Of a stretch of 64,000 nt of DNA, positions 20,964-32,500 are shown piece by piece. Position numbers and translations under genes: made by a program. Under the pieces are notes generated by a model that saw only the letters and a list, made by a program, of their open reading frames with translations, was not told the origin of the DNA and searched no databases. How positions within the stretch are numbered: the first letter of the stretch is position 1; every line of letters starts with the position of its first letter. This DNA is from Prasinococcaceae sp. CCMP 1430 (lineage: Eukaryota; Plantae; Prasinodermophyta): assembly GCA_013416795.1 (NCBI GenBank), contig RQSC01000007.1:41516-105515 (forward strand), in the 5' to 3' direction.

Positions 20964-21918
20964 ATGTCGGTCACCGAGGCCGACGTGCTCGCTGCTGCGA
21001 ACAAGTACGACGTGGCGGACGTGCTCGTGCTGCCGCTCGCACGGCGGCAGCTCGGCGGATCGGGGATGGCGCTGCGCGCAGCGCTGCTACGATGCGAACG
21101 GCTGGAGGAGCTCGACCTGACGGGGAACGCGCTGGAGTCGCTCGAGTGGCTCGGTGGCCTGCCAGCCGCGGCGACGCTGCGCAAGCTCACGCTCACGCAG
21201 AACGGGCTCGCTTCGCTGAAGGGTGCGGGCGCGCTCAACTCCCTGGAGCACCTCATGGTGCAGGCGAACTGTCTGCGTGGTGTGGACGACCTCGCCCTGG
21301 ATGAGCTGGCGTCGCTGCCCTCCCTGCACAGCCTATACCTCGCGAACGTCGACGGCTCGCAGCCGAACCCCGCGTGCAGCGACCCCGGCTACCGAGCGGC
21401 GGTGCTGGGTGCGCTGCCAAAGCTAAGGATTCTCGATGGCGAGAGGCTTGATGGGCCGGGAAGCGCGGCGTTCCGCGAGGCGTGCGGCTCGCACGCGGGC
21501 ATGGGGCTCGACGAACTCGATGCGGCTGCGAGTGGTGCCGAGGAGGACTTCGTCGCCGCGCACGCTCGGGCGGAGGCTGAGCTCGCTGACGCGGCGGACC
21601 TGGACGCCATGCTCAGAGGGGGTGCGTGCCGCACGCGCCTTCGTGGCACCTGCGCGCATGCGCGTGCATCTGACAAGCGCACGCCCGCGCACACGTCGCA
21701 TCGCTGCGCGCGCAGGTCTGCTGCCGGCCCCCGGCGATGGCGCCGCGCCCGATGGCGCGGGCGCGCGCCTCGCCGCGCTCCTTGCAGAGAGCTCGGCGCT
21801 CGCGTCGCGTGCGAAGGAGGCCGTGCTCGAGGCCGAGCGCCGCAACGCCGTCGAAGGCGCCCTCGCGGGCGTTGCCGTGCCCGCGCAGCGGGCCGCACGC
21901 GCCGGTCGGCGCGCGTGA
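20964..21918 (+). CDS. Leucine-rich repeat protein, LRRC61-like; join(20964..21621,21716..21918)
   Basis: SDS22-type LRRs (LEELDLTGNAL, LRKLTLTQNGL, LEHLMVQANCL) and the LRR cap NPAC...YR..V...LPKLRILDGER. Phase-1 intron GTGCGT..GCGCAG. TGTAA at about 21969. Confidence 0.75.
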
Positions 21919-22307
21919 GCTCTCGCGCCCCTACCCACACGGCGCTCGCCGACCGACCGACACATCATGTAATTTTTGTACACAATCTATTCGGGCATCG
22001 CGGTGCGCTCGTGGCGGGGTGTGTGTGTGCGCGCGGATGGATGGCCGCGCGTGAGCTGGTGTTGAATAGGACTACGCAAGCCTAAAAAAAGTCCGCGATA
22101 AGTTACTTGTTCGTGGTGAATTGATAAGGCACGGTACAACAGGTACAGAAGTAGCGTGAGGGAGCACATACGACAATCGTTGGTCGGCGTGTATGCGTTT
22201 GTATGTCAATGATGCGTGTGCACTGGCCGGCAGGCAGTCTGTGGTCTGCTCGAGGCACTGCTCGAGGCACATACATAATGGCCGCGGGTGTGCGGGCCAC
22301 CTGTCGG

Positions 22308-23027
22308 TCACAGTAGCAGCGCGTCGGAATTGGAGACGGAGGTACGGCGCGTTGCCGCGACGCCGTCGCGGTGGGTGTAGTTCACAGGCATGCTCTCCGC
22401 CCTGCGCAGGCCGGAGCCTGCTCGGCCCACTCTCCCTGCGAGGGCGCTCTTGGGGTCAATCAAGTCATCGCTCAGAGCGAGGTCCTCGTCGTGCAGAAAG
22501 AGGCACTTGTGGCCGTATTTGCACGTCCCTGTGAGCGCCCACGTTCTGCAGCGAACTGTCTTGTATTTGGGGTGGCGTATCACCTCGCGAAGCTCGGACG
22601 CGCCGTGGGCAAAGCGGCACTTTCGTCCGTAGCGGCACGCGCCGAACGTCTCGAAGGACCGGCACAGCTCCGTCTTGTAGAGCTGCGCCTGCTGCTGTGC
22701 CTCCCGAGACTGTTGCGCCTGAAGCTCTGCGTGATCTGAGAGCACGCGAGTCGTTGGCAGAGGTGAGCCTGAGCTGACAGGCAGGCTCATGGCACGCTGC
22801 AAACCGCCCGCCGATGCCCTTGGCCTCGCGCGCACCGCTGACATTGCACCGCTGTTTTCAGGCATACCGCTGTCGTGGTGTGTGCCTCCGCCCTCCGCAT
22901 GCGCAGAGGTTCCGCCCCCTCTGCGCGGAGGAACGCGGTCTCCGAGCGCGGGCCAGGGCGACGCGCGCGTCGGCCGCCCCTCCGCCGGTTCGCACCGTGC
23001 CACCGGCGTGACGCTCTCCCAGTCCAT
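22308..23027 (-). CDS. Tandem CCCH zinc-finger RNA-binding protein (TTP/ZFP36/Cth-like)
   Basis: Two C-x8-C-x5-C-x3-H fingers with lead-ins LYKTELC and KYKTVRC, at TTP-like spacing. Start is tentatively MDWES. Confidence 0.85.
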   Translation of the reverse strand: MDWESVTPVARCEPAEGRPTRASPWPALGDRVPPRRGGGTSAHAEGGGTHHDSGMPENSGAMSAVRARPRASAGGLQRAMSLPVSSGSPLPTTRVLSDHAELQAQQSREAQQQAQLYKTELCRSFETFGACRYGRKCRFAHGASELREVIRHPKYKTVRCRTWALTGTCKYGHKCLFLHDEDLALSDDLIDPKSALAGRVGRAGSGLRRAESMPVNYTHRDGVAATRRTSVSNSDALLL

Positions 23028-23932
23028 GCTGAGCGCCCTCGCGAGCGGACGGCGCGGATGGCGCGGATGGGTGGGCGGGCGCGCGCATGCCAGTGCCAGG
23101 CGGCTTTCACCACCATGCCCTGGAAGAGCACCTCTGTCATCTTGGCGCCCGATAGGGTGCACTGGCGTGCGAGGGCGGAGGGGGCTCGTTTCGACGTGCG
23201 GGGCGGAGGAGCCCAGCGACTGCGAGCGCGCCAGCGAGGGGGGGCTGCCTCTGAGCGACCCGAGCGGTACCAGGCCGCGTCCAGTGGTGTTGTTTGGGCC
23301 AGGAGGCTGGTGCAGTTGGGGGTGATTCTGTTGTGGTAGCGAAGCCTCCGCCGCTGCCGCGCGGCCGAAAACGAAAGCGCCGCCGCGGCGCCGCCGCGGG
23401 CAGGAGAAGTACTTCACTATTTTATGGTACAAATGTACCGACGGGCGATCACAATACATATCAACGTCTTTGAAGGAATCAAACGCCGTGTGATGCGCGG
23501 GCGCCGTTTGACCGGGGCACGCCAGGATCGGAGCGCGGTGTTTGGGTTATGTGTTTAGGGTCAGTTGGTAGGGTGCGGATCCGCGCTCGGCGAGGCCCGG
23601 GCGCGGCGTGGTGCGACGGTTTGGATCACTGGTTGTCACTGTCCGCGTAGAAGAGCCTCTCCAGCAGGCCCTCCCGCAGGTCAGCGTCGCGCGGCCACGG
23701 CCGCAGGCTCGCAGCACCAGCGGCCGTGGGTGGCAGCTCGCAGTGACACAATGTAAGATGACTACTACAAGTACATGTCCACTCGTGGCTCTCACAAAAT
23801 ATCTGCACCGCCGTAGCTCTCTTCACCAGCTATTGCGGCACTCGCGCTCGTGCAGGTCTGCACCCGCCGAGGGGGGAGCTGCGCTGTGCGCGCGCGCTCT
23901 AGAGCTGCCACAGCGCGCGCATGCCCTCCACT

Positions 23933-25217
23933 CTATTTGGTCCTTTTGAAGAAAGAGAAGCCGTTGGTGGCTGTGCTCGCCGGCCTGGCCTTGCTCGACA
24001 GCTTCGCCTTGGTGGTGAGCTTCTTCTTTGGCTGCGTCTTCGCGGCGGTGAACTTCTTTGTGCCGCCGGTACTGAAGTTGAAGAAAGAGAAGCCGTTGGT
24101 GGCTGTGCTCGCCGGCCTGGCCTTGCTCGACAGCTTCGCCTTGGTGGTGAGCTTCTTCTTTGGCTGCGTCTTTGCGGCGGTGAACTTCTTTGTGCCGCCG
24201 GAACTGAATAAAGAGAAGCCATTGGTGGCCTTCTTCACGCTTTTCGCCTTCTTCGCGGTCGCGGCCTTCTTCGCTGTCGACACCTTCTTCGTGCCCAGTC
24301 CGTACTTGGACGCGGGCTTCTTGACCTTCTTCGCGGTCGCGGCCTTCTTCGCTGTCGACACCTTCTTCGTGCCCAGTCCGTACTTGGACGCGGGCTTCTT
24401 GACCTTCTTCGCGGGCGCGGCCTTCTTAAGTAACTCAGCCCTCTTCGCTGCCGCGGCTTTCCGGGCTGCTGCGGCCTTCCTCGCCGCCGCAGCTTCCCTC
24501 TTCGCGGCCGCCGCCTTCGCCGCCGCCGCTGTCTTCTTCGCCACCGCGGCTCTCTCCCTCTTCGCTGCGGCCTTCTTCAATGCGACCTGCGTACGAATGT
24601 CAGATGAATACTTGGGCTTCTTAATCGTAGTCGTAGTCGTAGTCCGGGTCGTAGTCGTCGTCAGGGTCCTAGTCGCGCTCGCGCGCGTCTTGGCAGCAGG
24701 CGCCGCGCGCTTCTTGGCAGCAGGAGTGCGCGCAGCCTTTTTTGCAGCAGGGGCACCACTGCCAAACAAGCCGCCGAGCAATCCCCCAGCGGGCGCCTTC
24801 TGAGAGGCGGCAGACGCGGGCGGCGGGCGGCTGAACGTCTTCAGCTGCCTCGTCTCCACTGAAGCGATGGCCGCGAGTCGCTCGCGCTGGAGCTGCTCCT
24901 TAGAGGGACCACTCTTCACGATGTCTGTGACTTCTGTCTTCAGACCTGAGACTTCTGCCTTGAGTGAAAAGAGTGCACCCGTGAGCTCGGACACCTCACT
25001 CTTCAGCCTGTCTCTTTCGGCCTTCACATCGGAGAGTTCCGCCACGCTCCTCGCGGGCGCAGCCTTGGCAGCGGGCTTGGCCGGAGCCTCTTCCTGCTCC
25101 TTCTCTGCGGCGGGCGCGGGGGCCGGCTTGGCAGCGGGCTTGGCAGCGGGCTTGGCCGGAGCCTCTTCCTGCTCCTTCTCTGCGGCGGGCGCGGGGGCCG
25201 GCTTGGCAGCGGGCTTG
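23933..25217 (-). CDS. Lys/Ala-rich repetitive, largely disordered protein with short coiled coil; 5' part lost in gap
   Basis: The frame is open from the gap to the TAG at 23933. In-frame tandem repeats of 75, 78 and 132 nt are all multiples of 3. Heptads LKSEVSELTGALFSLKAEVSGLKTEV are present. Confidence 0.72.
23948..24225 (-). repeat. 132-bp (44-aa) tandem coding repeat, 2+ copies
   Basis: Unit ...TNGFS(L/F)F..GGTKKFTAAKTQPKKKLTTKAKLSSKARPASTA, with copies starting at 23948 and 24080. Confidence 0.9.
24253..24415 (-). repeat. 78-bp (26-aa) tandem coding repeat, 2 copies
   Basis: KKVKKPASKYGLGTKKVSTAKKAATA occurs twice. Confidence 0.9.
25060..25217 (-). repeat. 75-bp (25-aa) tandem coding repeat running into the gap
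   Basis: KPAAKPAPAPAAEKEQEEAPAKPAA occurs twice and is probably collapsed in the gap. Confidence 0.85.
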
Positions 25218-25786
25218 NNNNNNNNNNNNNNNNNNNNNNNNNNNNNNNNNNNNNNNNNNNNNNNNNNNNNNNNNNNNNNNNNNNNNNNNNNNNNNNNNNN
25301 NNNNNNNNNNNNNNNNNNNNNNNNNNNNNNNNNNNNNNNNNNNNNNNNNNNNNNNNNNNNNNNNNNNNNNNNNNNNNNNNNNNNNNNNNNNNNNNNNNNN
25401 NNNNNNNNNNNNNNNNNNNNNNNNNNNNNNNNNNNNNNNNNNNNNNNNNNNNNNNNNNNNNNNNNNNNNNNNNNNNNNNNNNNNNNNNNNNNNNNNNNNN
25501 NNNNNNNNNNNNNNNNNNNNNNNNNNNNNNNNNNNNNNNNNNNNNNNNNNNNNNNNNNNNNNNNNNNNNNNNNNNNNNNNNNNNNNNNNNNNNNNNNNNN
25601 NNNNNNNNNNNNNNNNNNNNNNNNNNNNNNNNNNNNNNNNNNNNNNNNNNNNNNNNNNNNNNNNNNNNNNNNNNNNNNNNNNNNNNNNNNNNNNNNNNNN
25701 NNNNNNNNNNNNNNNNNNNNNNNNNNNNNNNNNNNNNNNNNNNNNNNNNNNNNNNNNNNNNNNNNNNNNNNNNNNNNNNNNNNNNN
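25218..25786. other. Assembly gap (569 N)
   Basis: N run. Confidence 1.
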
Positions 25787-26564
25787 GCGCGGCGCCGGGC
25801 CCGGACCCCTCCGCTCGCCCAGCGGAACCCATGCCGTTTGGGCTAGCAGTGGGTCGCCCGTGGGTAGCACTCGCGCGCGGCCGTGCCGCGCGCGCGGCAC
25901 GCGCCGCTGCCACCGCGCTCGCGCCGCCGACGGGGTGAAGGTTTAATTATTAGGGTTTGACTCATTAGGGTTTAATATCGCGGCGGCGATCGGACGGGGG
26001 GCCAATGAACAGCAAGGGAACCGGAGCCGGAACTGGAATTGACTGAAGTCTTGCCGTTGGTGGATTCGGATTCGAGGCGCCACAACAGGTCTCAATCCGG
26101 ATCAAGCTCGGGGCGAGAGATCCTACGAAGTCTACCTGGTATCATAGTCATAGCGACGGTAGACTCCTGTGAGAACACGACTAGCTACCACGTGGTACGC
26201 CCGACCGACCGACAGGCACAACAGGCGACGAGGCAAGGCCCAGCGGTCCGCCCACCCGCCCGTCCGCCCCGCCCCTCCCGCCCGTGCACGCACATGTGCA
26301 CCCGCGGCCGCCGGCCGGGCGTCGCGCGACGGCGTGCGGGCTGCGGCGTCGCGCGACGTTACGCGCGCGCCTGGGTGGGTGCTGGCTGATGGTATGCCGC
26401 CATTGGCTTTCGCGCGGTGCGGATTGGCCCGCTGCTCTGCGCGCGCGCGCGCGTTCGGGGAACCGCGGAGGCCGCGCGGCGAAAGCGCGGCGGGGATGCG
26501 CGAATGCGGGTGCGGGCAGATGGCGGGGCGCGCCGGTGCGCGCGCGGCGAAATCCGGGCCGTCG

Positions 26565-29500
26565 ATGGCGCGGTGCAGTGCGCTCGCGCTCGTGCTCGGC
26601 GCCGCCGCGGCGGCGGGGGCCGCCGCGCAGTCGGCCGACCTCTTCGTGACGGAGCTGCTGCAGCGGCCGATCACGCTGATCACCAAGGGCGTGTGCGCCG
26701 CCGAGAACTTCGACACCCCGGTGGGCCTCACCGTGCCCTCGCAGATGGTCCCGTGGGACGGCGGCGACTTCACCTTCTCGCTGCGCGTCGACACCGACAT
26801 CCCCGACGACAAGCCGTGGTCGTGCTCGGGCTACTCGTGCGGCGAGTCGAGCACCGGCGCGCTCTTTGGCATCAACGGCCAGTTCTCGCTCGGCATGTCG
26901 GACGTCTTCTCGAAGATCAAGATCACCATCCCGTCCATTCCGTCGATGTACCACGCGCAGGAGGGCGTCGGCTCGCTTTCGAAGTCGATCGACGGTCGCG
27001 CGAGTTCGAAGCGCCGCGCGCTGCTCGCCACCGAAGACAGCGCCACCGACGGCGGTGACGGCGCGCTCCTCGATGCGCCAGGAGCCGTGGTCGCGAACGC
27101 CACCTCGCGCGGTCTGAAGTTCTACGGGGGCAAAGGCGGCGGCGGATGGAATGGCGGCGGCGGTGGCGCGGCCAATCTGCCCAAGAAGGACGACAATCCC
27201 GACGAGTACGACGTCACCGTCATGCGCCGCGGCTCCCAGGTTGCGGCCTGCGTCAACGGCGACATGGTGGTCGAGTGGACCGACGTCGAGTACTGGGCGG
27301 AGGGTGAGATCATGCACGATGCGCCCTACTCCGAGGCCGACGGCCAGGTGTTCTTTGGCTACACGACGCCCCAGCACTGGGGCCCCTCGTCGGGCCAGCC
27401 GCCCTCCTCCCCGGCCTTTTCCATCCCCGGTGAGTACAAGAGCGCGCGGATCGCCAACAAGGCCTTCGACACGTGCGAGGAGGCCGTGGCCGCCACGCTG
27501 GATGCCGTGGAGGCGGAGGACGGCTCGCTCATTCCATACGCCGACGAGGCAGCCAACGTCAAGCCAAAGGTGGAGCTCACCTCGTCACTCGGCTCGTCGA
27601 TGTTCGTCAACGACGAGACGACCATCAGAGTGCGCGCCACCGACGCCGATGGCGAACCCATCAAGGTGACGGTGACCTTCTTCGCCCGCCCGCCCGAGGA
27701 GTGTGACTGGCCGCAGTGCAACTCCAAGTCCACCCACCTGATCAACGGGACGGGCGAGGCCGAGCTCGAGATCAAGAATTTGTGGCCCTTCCCCGGGCGC
27801 TTCCTCGTGCGGGTCGTGGCCACCGACTTCCGCGGCGGCATCGACGTGCTCGACGTGCCCTTCATGGTTCACAAGATTGGGGACACCAACTTCAGCGCGC
27901 CGTGCTGCCGCTACGCGGTGGAGACGATCCACTACGCGCCGAAGAAGGGCCCCCACAACACCAGATGGACCAACTCGGGCGACCCGTACGAGCGGCTGTA
28001 CAACTACCAGATCATCGCCGACCCCTTCCCCGAGCAGCGCCTCGACGTGCTGTCCTGTAAGGGCATGCACCATGCGGGCCCCGGGACGTCGATCAACTTC
28101 GGCGTGTACATGAACAAGGACCGCGGCTCGAGCCAGCGCTTCGTGCTCGTCCCGACCACGAACGGCTGCGGCAGCACCTACTCGCACCCCTACCTTGACT
28201 ATGGGGCGGCCTCGGAGGAGGGCTCCACCAACGACGCTGGGCTGGCGTGCGGATGCACCAAGGGCGGCACCAAGCTCATCATCGAGGAGGGCCTGGGCCT
28301 GGACAACATGAACCAGTTCTACATCCGCGTGTCCTACGGCCGCATGTCGCTGCACTGGGACCCGCCCATCTTGCCCCCCGTGAACGGGCGCGCATCGGTG
28401 AGCGACATCACCGATGCCTTCGATGGCAACCCGTTCTTTCGCCACTTCATGTTCTACCAGGAGCAGAACCCCGGCACGGGCAACTCAGGCACTGGTGGCG
28501 GCAAGATGTCGCAGCTCTCTGGCTGCGACTTCGGCTCGGGCAAGATCCCCGGCATCATCATTGCGCACGAGATCGGGCACGCGTGGGACCTTGCGCACGC
28601 CGAGATGTGGACCAACACCGACTCCTCGCAGGTGTCGATGAAGGACCCCGCGAGCTCGCAGGGCCAAGGTTTCACGGAGTACATGGACTACTGGTCGGTG
28701 ATGGGCAGGGGTATTGACTTCAACGAGGTCGATCGCCTGCGCCTCGGGTGGATCCACGAAACAGAGCAGAAGCTCTGGCTGAAAGCGGACCGCGCGGTCG
28801 TCAAGGAGGAGATCCTCGTGCTGCACCCCGTCGACCGCGCCGAGTCCAAGGGCAACCGCCTCATGCTGACTTTCGAGGGCAACGAGGCGCCTGTGTTCCT
28901 GGCGTGCATGTTCCGCTCGTTCAGCGGCTCCCCGCGGGACTCGCTCCGCCTGGGCAGGTGGGGTGGCTTCTCGCGCGGCAGTGTCAGCACGAGTCAGCAC
29001 CTCCAGGGCAACATCCAGGGCTTCAGCTGCATCCGATCGAAGGGTGGCTCGAAGCGCCTCAGCCGCGACGACTTCCGTGTGGACTTCAACGTCCTCGATG
29101 GCGACTACCCAAGCCTGCTGCCGCGGAGCGCGGGCTCCAACCCTCCGGAGGGCGGCCTCGCCAACGGTCTCGCGGCCGGCAAGACATGGTACTACCAGGA
29201 GGGCGGCATGTCCGTGTCGGTGCTCAACATCGGCGAGGACGCCTGCGACACGCCCCCGCTCTACCCGCTGTTCGACGAGTGGGGCGTGAACACGTACGAG
29301 TGCATGTCTGTCAAGGTCAAGACAGGCCTGGAGGTGGACAGGCCCTTTATGGGCCGCAAGGTCACGGTGGGCTACACGCTCGCCGACGCCGCGGTGCCCG
29401 TGCTGGCGAACACGGGCAAGCAGTGCGGCGAGGTGGATGTCAAGCTGGCGGTGAGTGTCGAGCTCAGCGTGGAAGGCGAGGAGGACCTCGAGCCTGAGGC

Positions 29501-32500
29501 CATCGCCTGGCGCGATGCCAGGGGCAAGGTCGTCTTCAGCGGCTCGACCAGCGCGAACCTACCGCTCGTTTCGGGGAGCGAGGTGACCATGTACGCCTCC
29601 TGGGACGACTCGACGCAGGCGCGCCTGAAGATCGAGATCACCGCGCTGACGGCCACACAGGCCACCCTCAAGATGACGTCCATTCGGTTGCACGACGGCG
29701 CCAAGAAGGAGGAGGAGGACCTGGGCACTGAGACCGTTCCCATCGACGGCGCGAGCCTCGACCTCGGCTCCGCGCGCGGCATCACGCTCTTTAACGAGGC
29801 TGGCACCAAGCCCGCACTCGGCAACGGCTTTGTGGTGAACGCCGACGGCCTGCTGCCGGTCACCTCCTGCCGCGCTTTCACCGTGACGATGCTCGCGGAC
29901 CTCTCCAAGGCCGAGGACGGCGACGTGCTCTTCTCCATGTCGGACGAGCTCGTCGATCACCCCAAGCTGCTCGTTAAGATTGGCGTGACCTCGTCGTATT
30001 GGAGCACGTCAAAGACGCTCTCGGTGTGCTGGCTCACCGGGCAGCCGTGCATGCCCGTGACCTTGCCCGACACCGGCTCGACCTCGCACCTCGCGCTGGT
30101 CGTGCAGGAGAACGGCGACAACGTGGAGGTGCAGGTGTTCTTCGACGGCACCGAGCTCGGCGATCGCGGTGACTACAAGCCTTTCCTGCGCAACGGTTGG
30201 TGCATCCCCGATGCGAGCCAGTACCCTCAGCGCGGTTCGTGGAGCTCGAGCCCGAAGGCGTACGGCAACTGCGCCAGCGAGCCGCTCGGTGCCGGCCTGC
30301 CGCCCATGGAGGCGCTGCGCTTCGGTGGCGCCGCGGCCAAGGGCAAGAGCGGCCCCAACGGCGTGGCCACGCACGCGCGCTTCTACAACTTCCCGCTGTC
30401 AAGCTCGCAGATCAAGAGCGACAACGAGTGCGCCTCTCGCAAGACGTGCGAGTCTGAGCTCGGTCTCGGTGCAGCCGGTGACTCGCCGCCAGTGCTCGAG
30501 ACGCTGCGCGTGGCGCGCGAGGACGGCGAGGACGACGACGACGACGATGGGGCGCTCGAGCTCTTCACTGACACCGAAGCGGTCTTCGAGTACACGGCAC
30601 GTTCTGTGACCGGTGAAGGCACCGTCGGATTCGAGGTCAGCACTCGCGAGGGCGGCGTAATCCACACGGACAGCGCCGAGGGCGAGGTCTCCGGCACCTT
30701 TAAGGTGTCGTTCTCTACGCCGGGCACGTACGCCGTGGCTGTGAAAATGACCGCCGGCGAGGCTGTGGCCACCGAGTACGCCATGGCGCACGTGCACCGC
30801 CCAGGGTCGGGCCTCGAGCACAAGGGGCGCTTCGTGCTGCCGCGCGGCGCCGACCTTGACATGTCGATCAACCCCGCCGACCAGTTCTCCGACTTTGACG
30901 GCCAGTACACCTTCTCCAATGTGCTCGTTTTCGACGACGCAGACGCACCGCAGTGCGCGCTCCTCCAGAACCCAACCACCGGTATGCTCATCACCATCGA
31001 TGCTGGCGCCAGCACCTTCACCGTCAGCGGACGCACGGGCAGCGCGCCGCCAGCGGCTTACAACAAGGACGGCACCTTCCCGGAGAGGCACCACCTGCAG
31101 GTGGCCACCACCGGCTCGACCACGGAGGTCTTCCTGAACGGCGTCTCCGCCGGCAGCCTCAAGGCCATCGGCCTGAGCAGCCCGGGCGCCGCCGGCGGTG
31201 AGCTGCGGCTTGGAGCCAAGGTGGACAGCGACAAGATCCCGACTTGCGAAGGCGCCGTTGGCAAGGCCAGCTTGTACAACTACTTCATCGGCGCAAACGC
31301 GCTCGAGATGGAGAGGCGCTGCCCCGAGCGCGGCTCGTGCAAGGTCTTCAACATCTGCTCGTACGCGGACACCGACAAGGCGTGCCGCAAGTTCTTCGAC
31401 ATCAATGCGGAGCTTGACACGCTCAACAACCCACCGCCGCCTCCGCTGCCGCCGAGCCCGCCGAGCCCTCCGCCGAGCCCGCCGACACCGCCGCCGAGCC
31501 CGCCGCCGCCGCCTTCACCGCAGCCGCCACCGGCGCCGCCGAGCCCTCCGCCGAGCCCGCCGCCGCCGCCTGGCCCGCCGCCGAGCCCACCGCCGTTTCC
31601 ACCGCCAAGTCCGCCGCCGAGCCCGCCGCCGCCCCCAGCGCCTCAATACCGCGCCGCGGAGGCGACCATGTTCGACTGCGGCACGTCGGTTCAGCTTCCG
31701 CTGACGATCGAGGCCATCCTCCAGGTCGATGCGCCATCCGAGTCGGGCGCAGCGCAGGTCATCTGGGCGGCGCACGATGGCAGCGGCGACGATCCGGCGC
31801 TCGTCTTCCAGATTCGCGACGGCAAGCCGGAGCTCAAGTACAAAGGCACGCTCCTTGCGCCGCCGACGCCGCCGCCCAGCCCACCTAACCCTCCGCCGCC
31901 GAGCCCTCCTACCCCACCTCCCATGGGTGGCGGGGGTGGTGGGCTCGAGAGGCCTGATTTGGGCGACGGCGAAGGAGGGCTTGGTGGCATCCCGGACGAC
32001 ATGAAGGACAAGGTCCCGCCGATGCCCGAGGGTGCGCCCCCTTTCCCTGACAGGCTCGCCGGCCGCAGGCCGGGCGGCCAAAACAAGCCCGACTGGCTCA
32101 ATGATATGACAGGTGGCGGTCACGAGGGCGCCGGTGGTAGCCCCTTCGGCTCCTTCGGCTCCCACGGCGGCCGGAAGATGCTCTTCGGCAGCTGGGGCGG
32201 CAACAACGGCTCTCCCAGTGGGAGTGGCTCCTCTCACGACGACGACGACGACGACGAGATCCTGGAGTTTACGACCATCTCCGCCGACGAGGGCGCCAAC
32301 AAAGAGGGCGCTTGGCAGCACGTAGCCGTCGCGATCGCGCCGCGCGGTTTCGTCTCGATCTACCAAGAGGGCCTGCGCATCGGCACCGGCCAGATCAACG
32401 TGGGCGGTCTGCAGGCCTTCAGCGACTTCTCGCTCTTTGGCTACGCCCACGAGAAAGAGAGGTACTGGCAGAGCAGCCCAAAGGAGTTCACCATGTACGA

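Noticed and set aside
23948-25217. Tandem repeats as a CRISPR array
   Set aside because: The units are contiguous in-frame coding repeats without unique spacers, there are no cas genes, and the context is eukaryotic.
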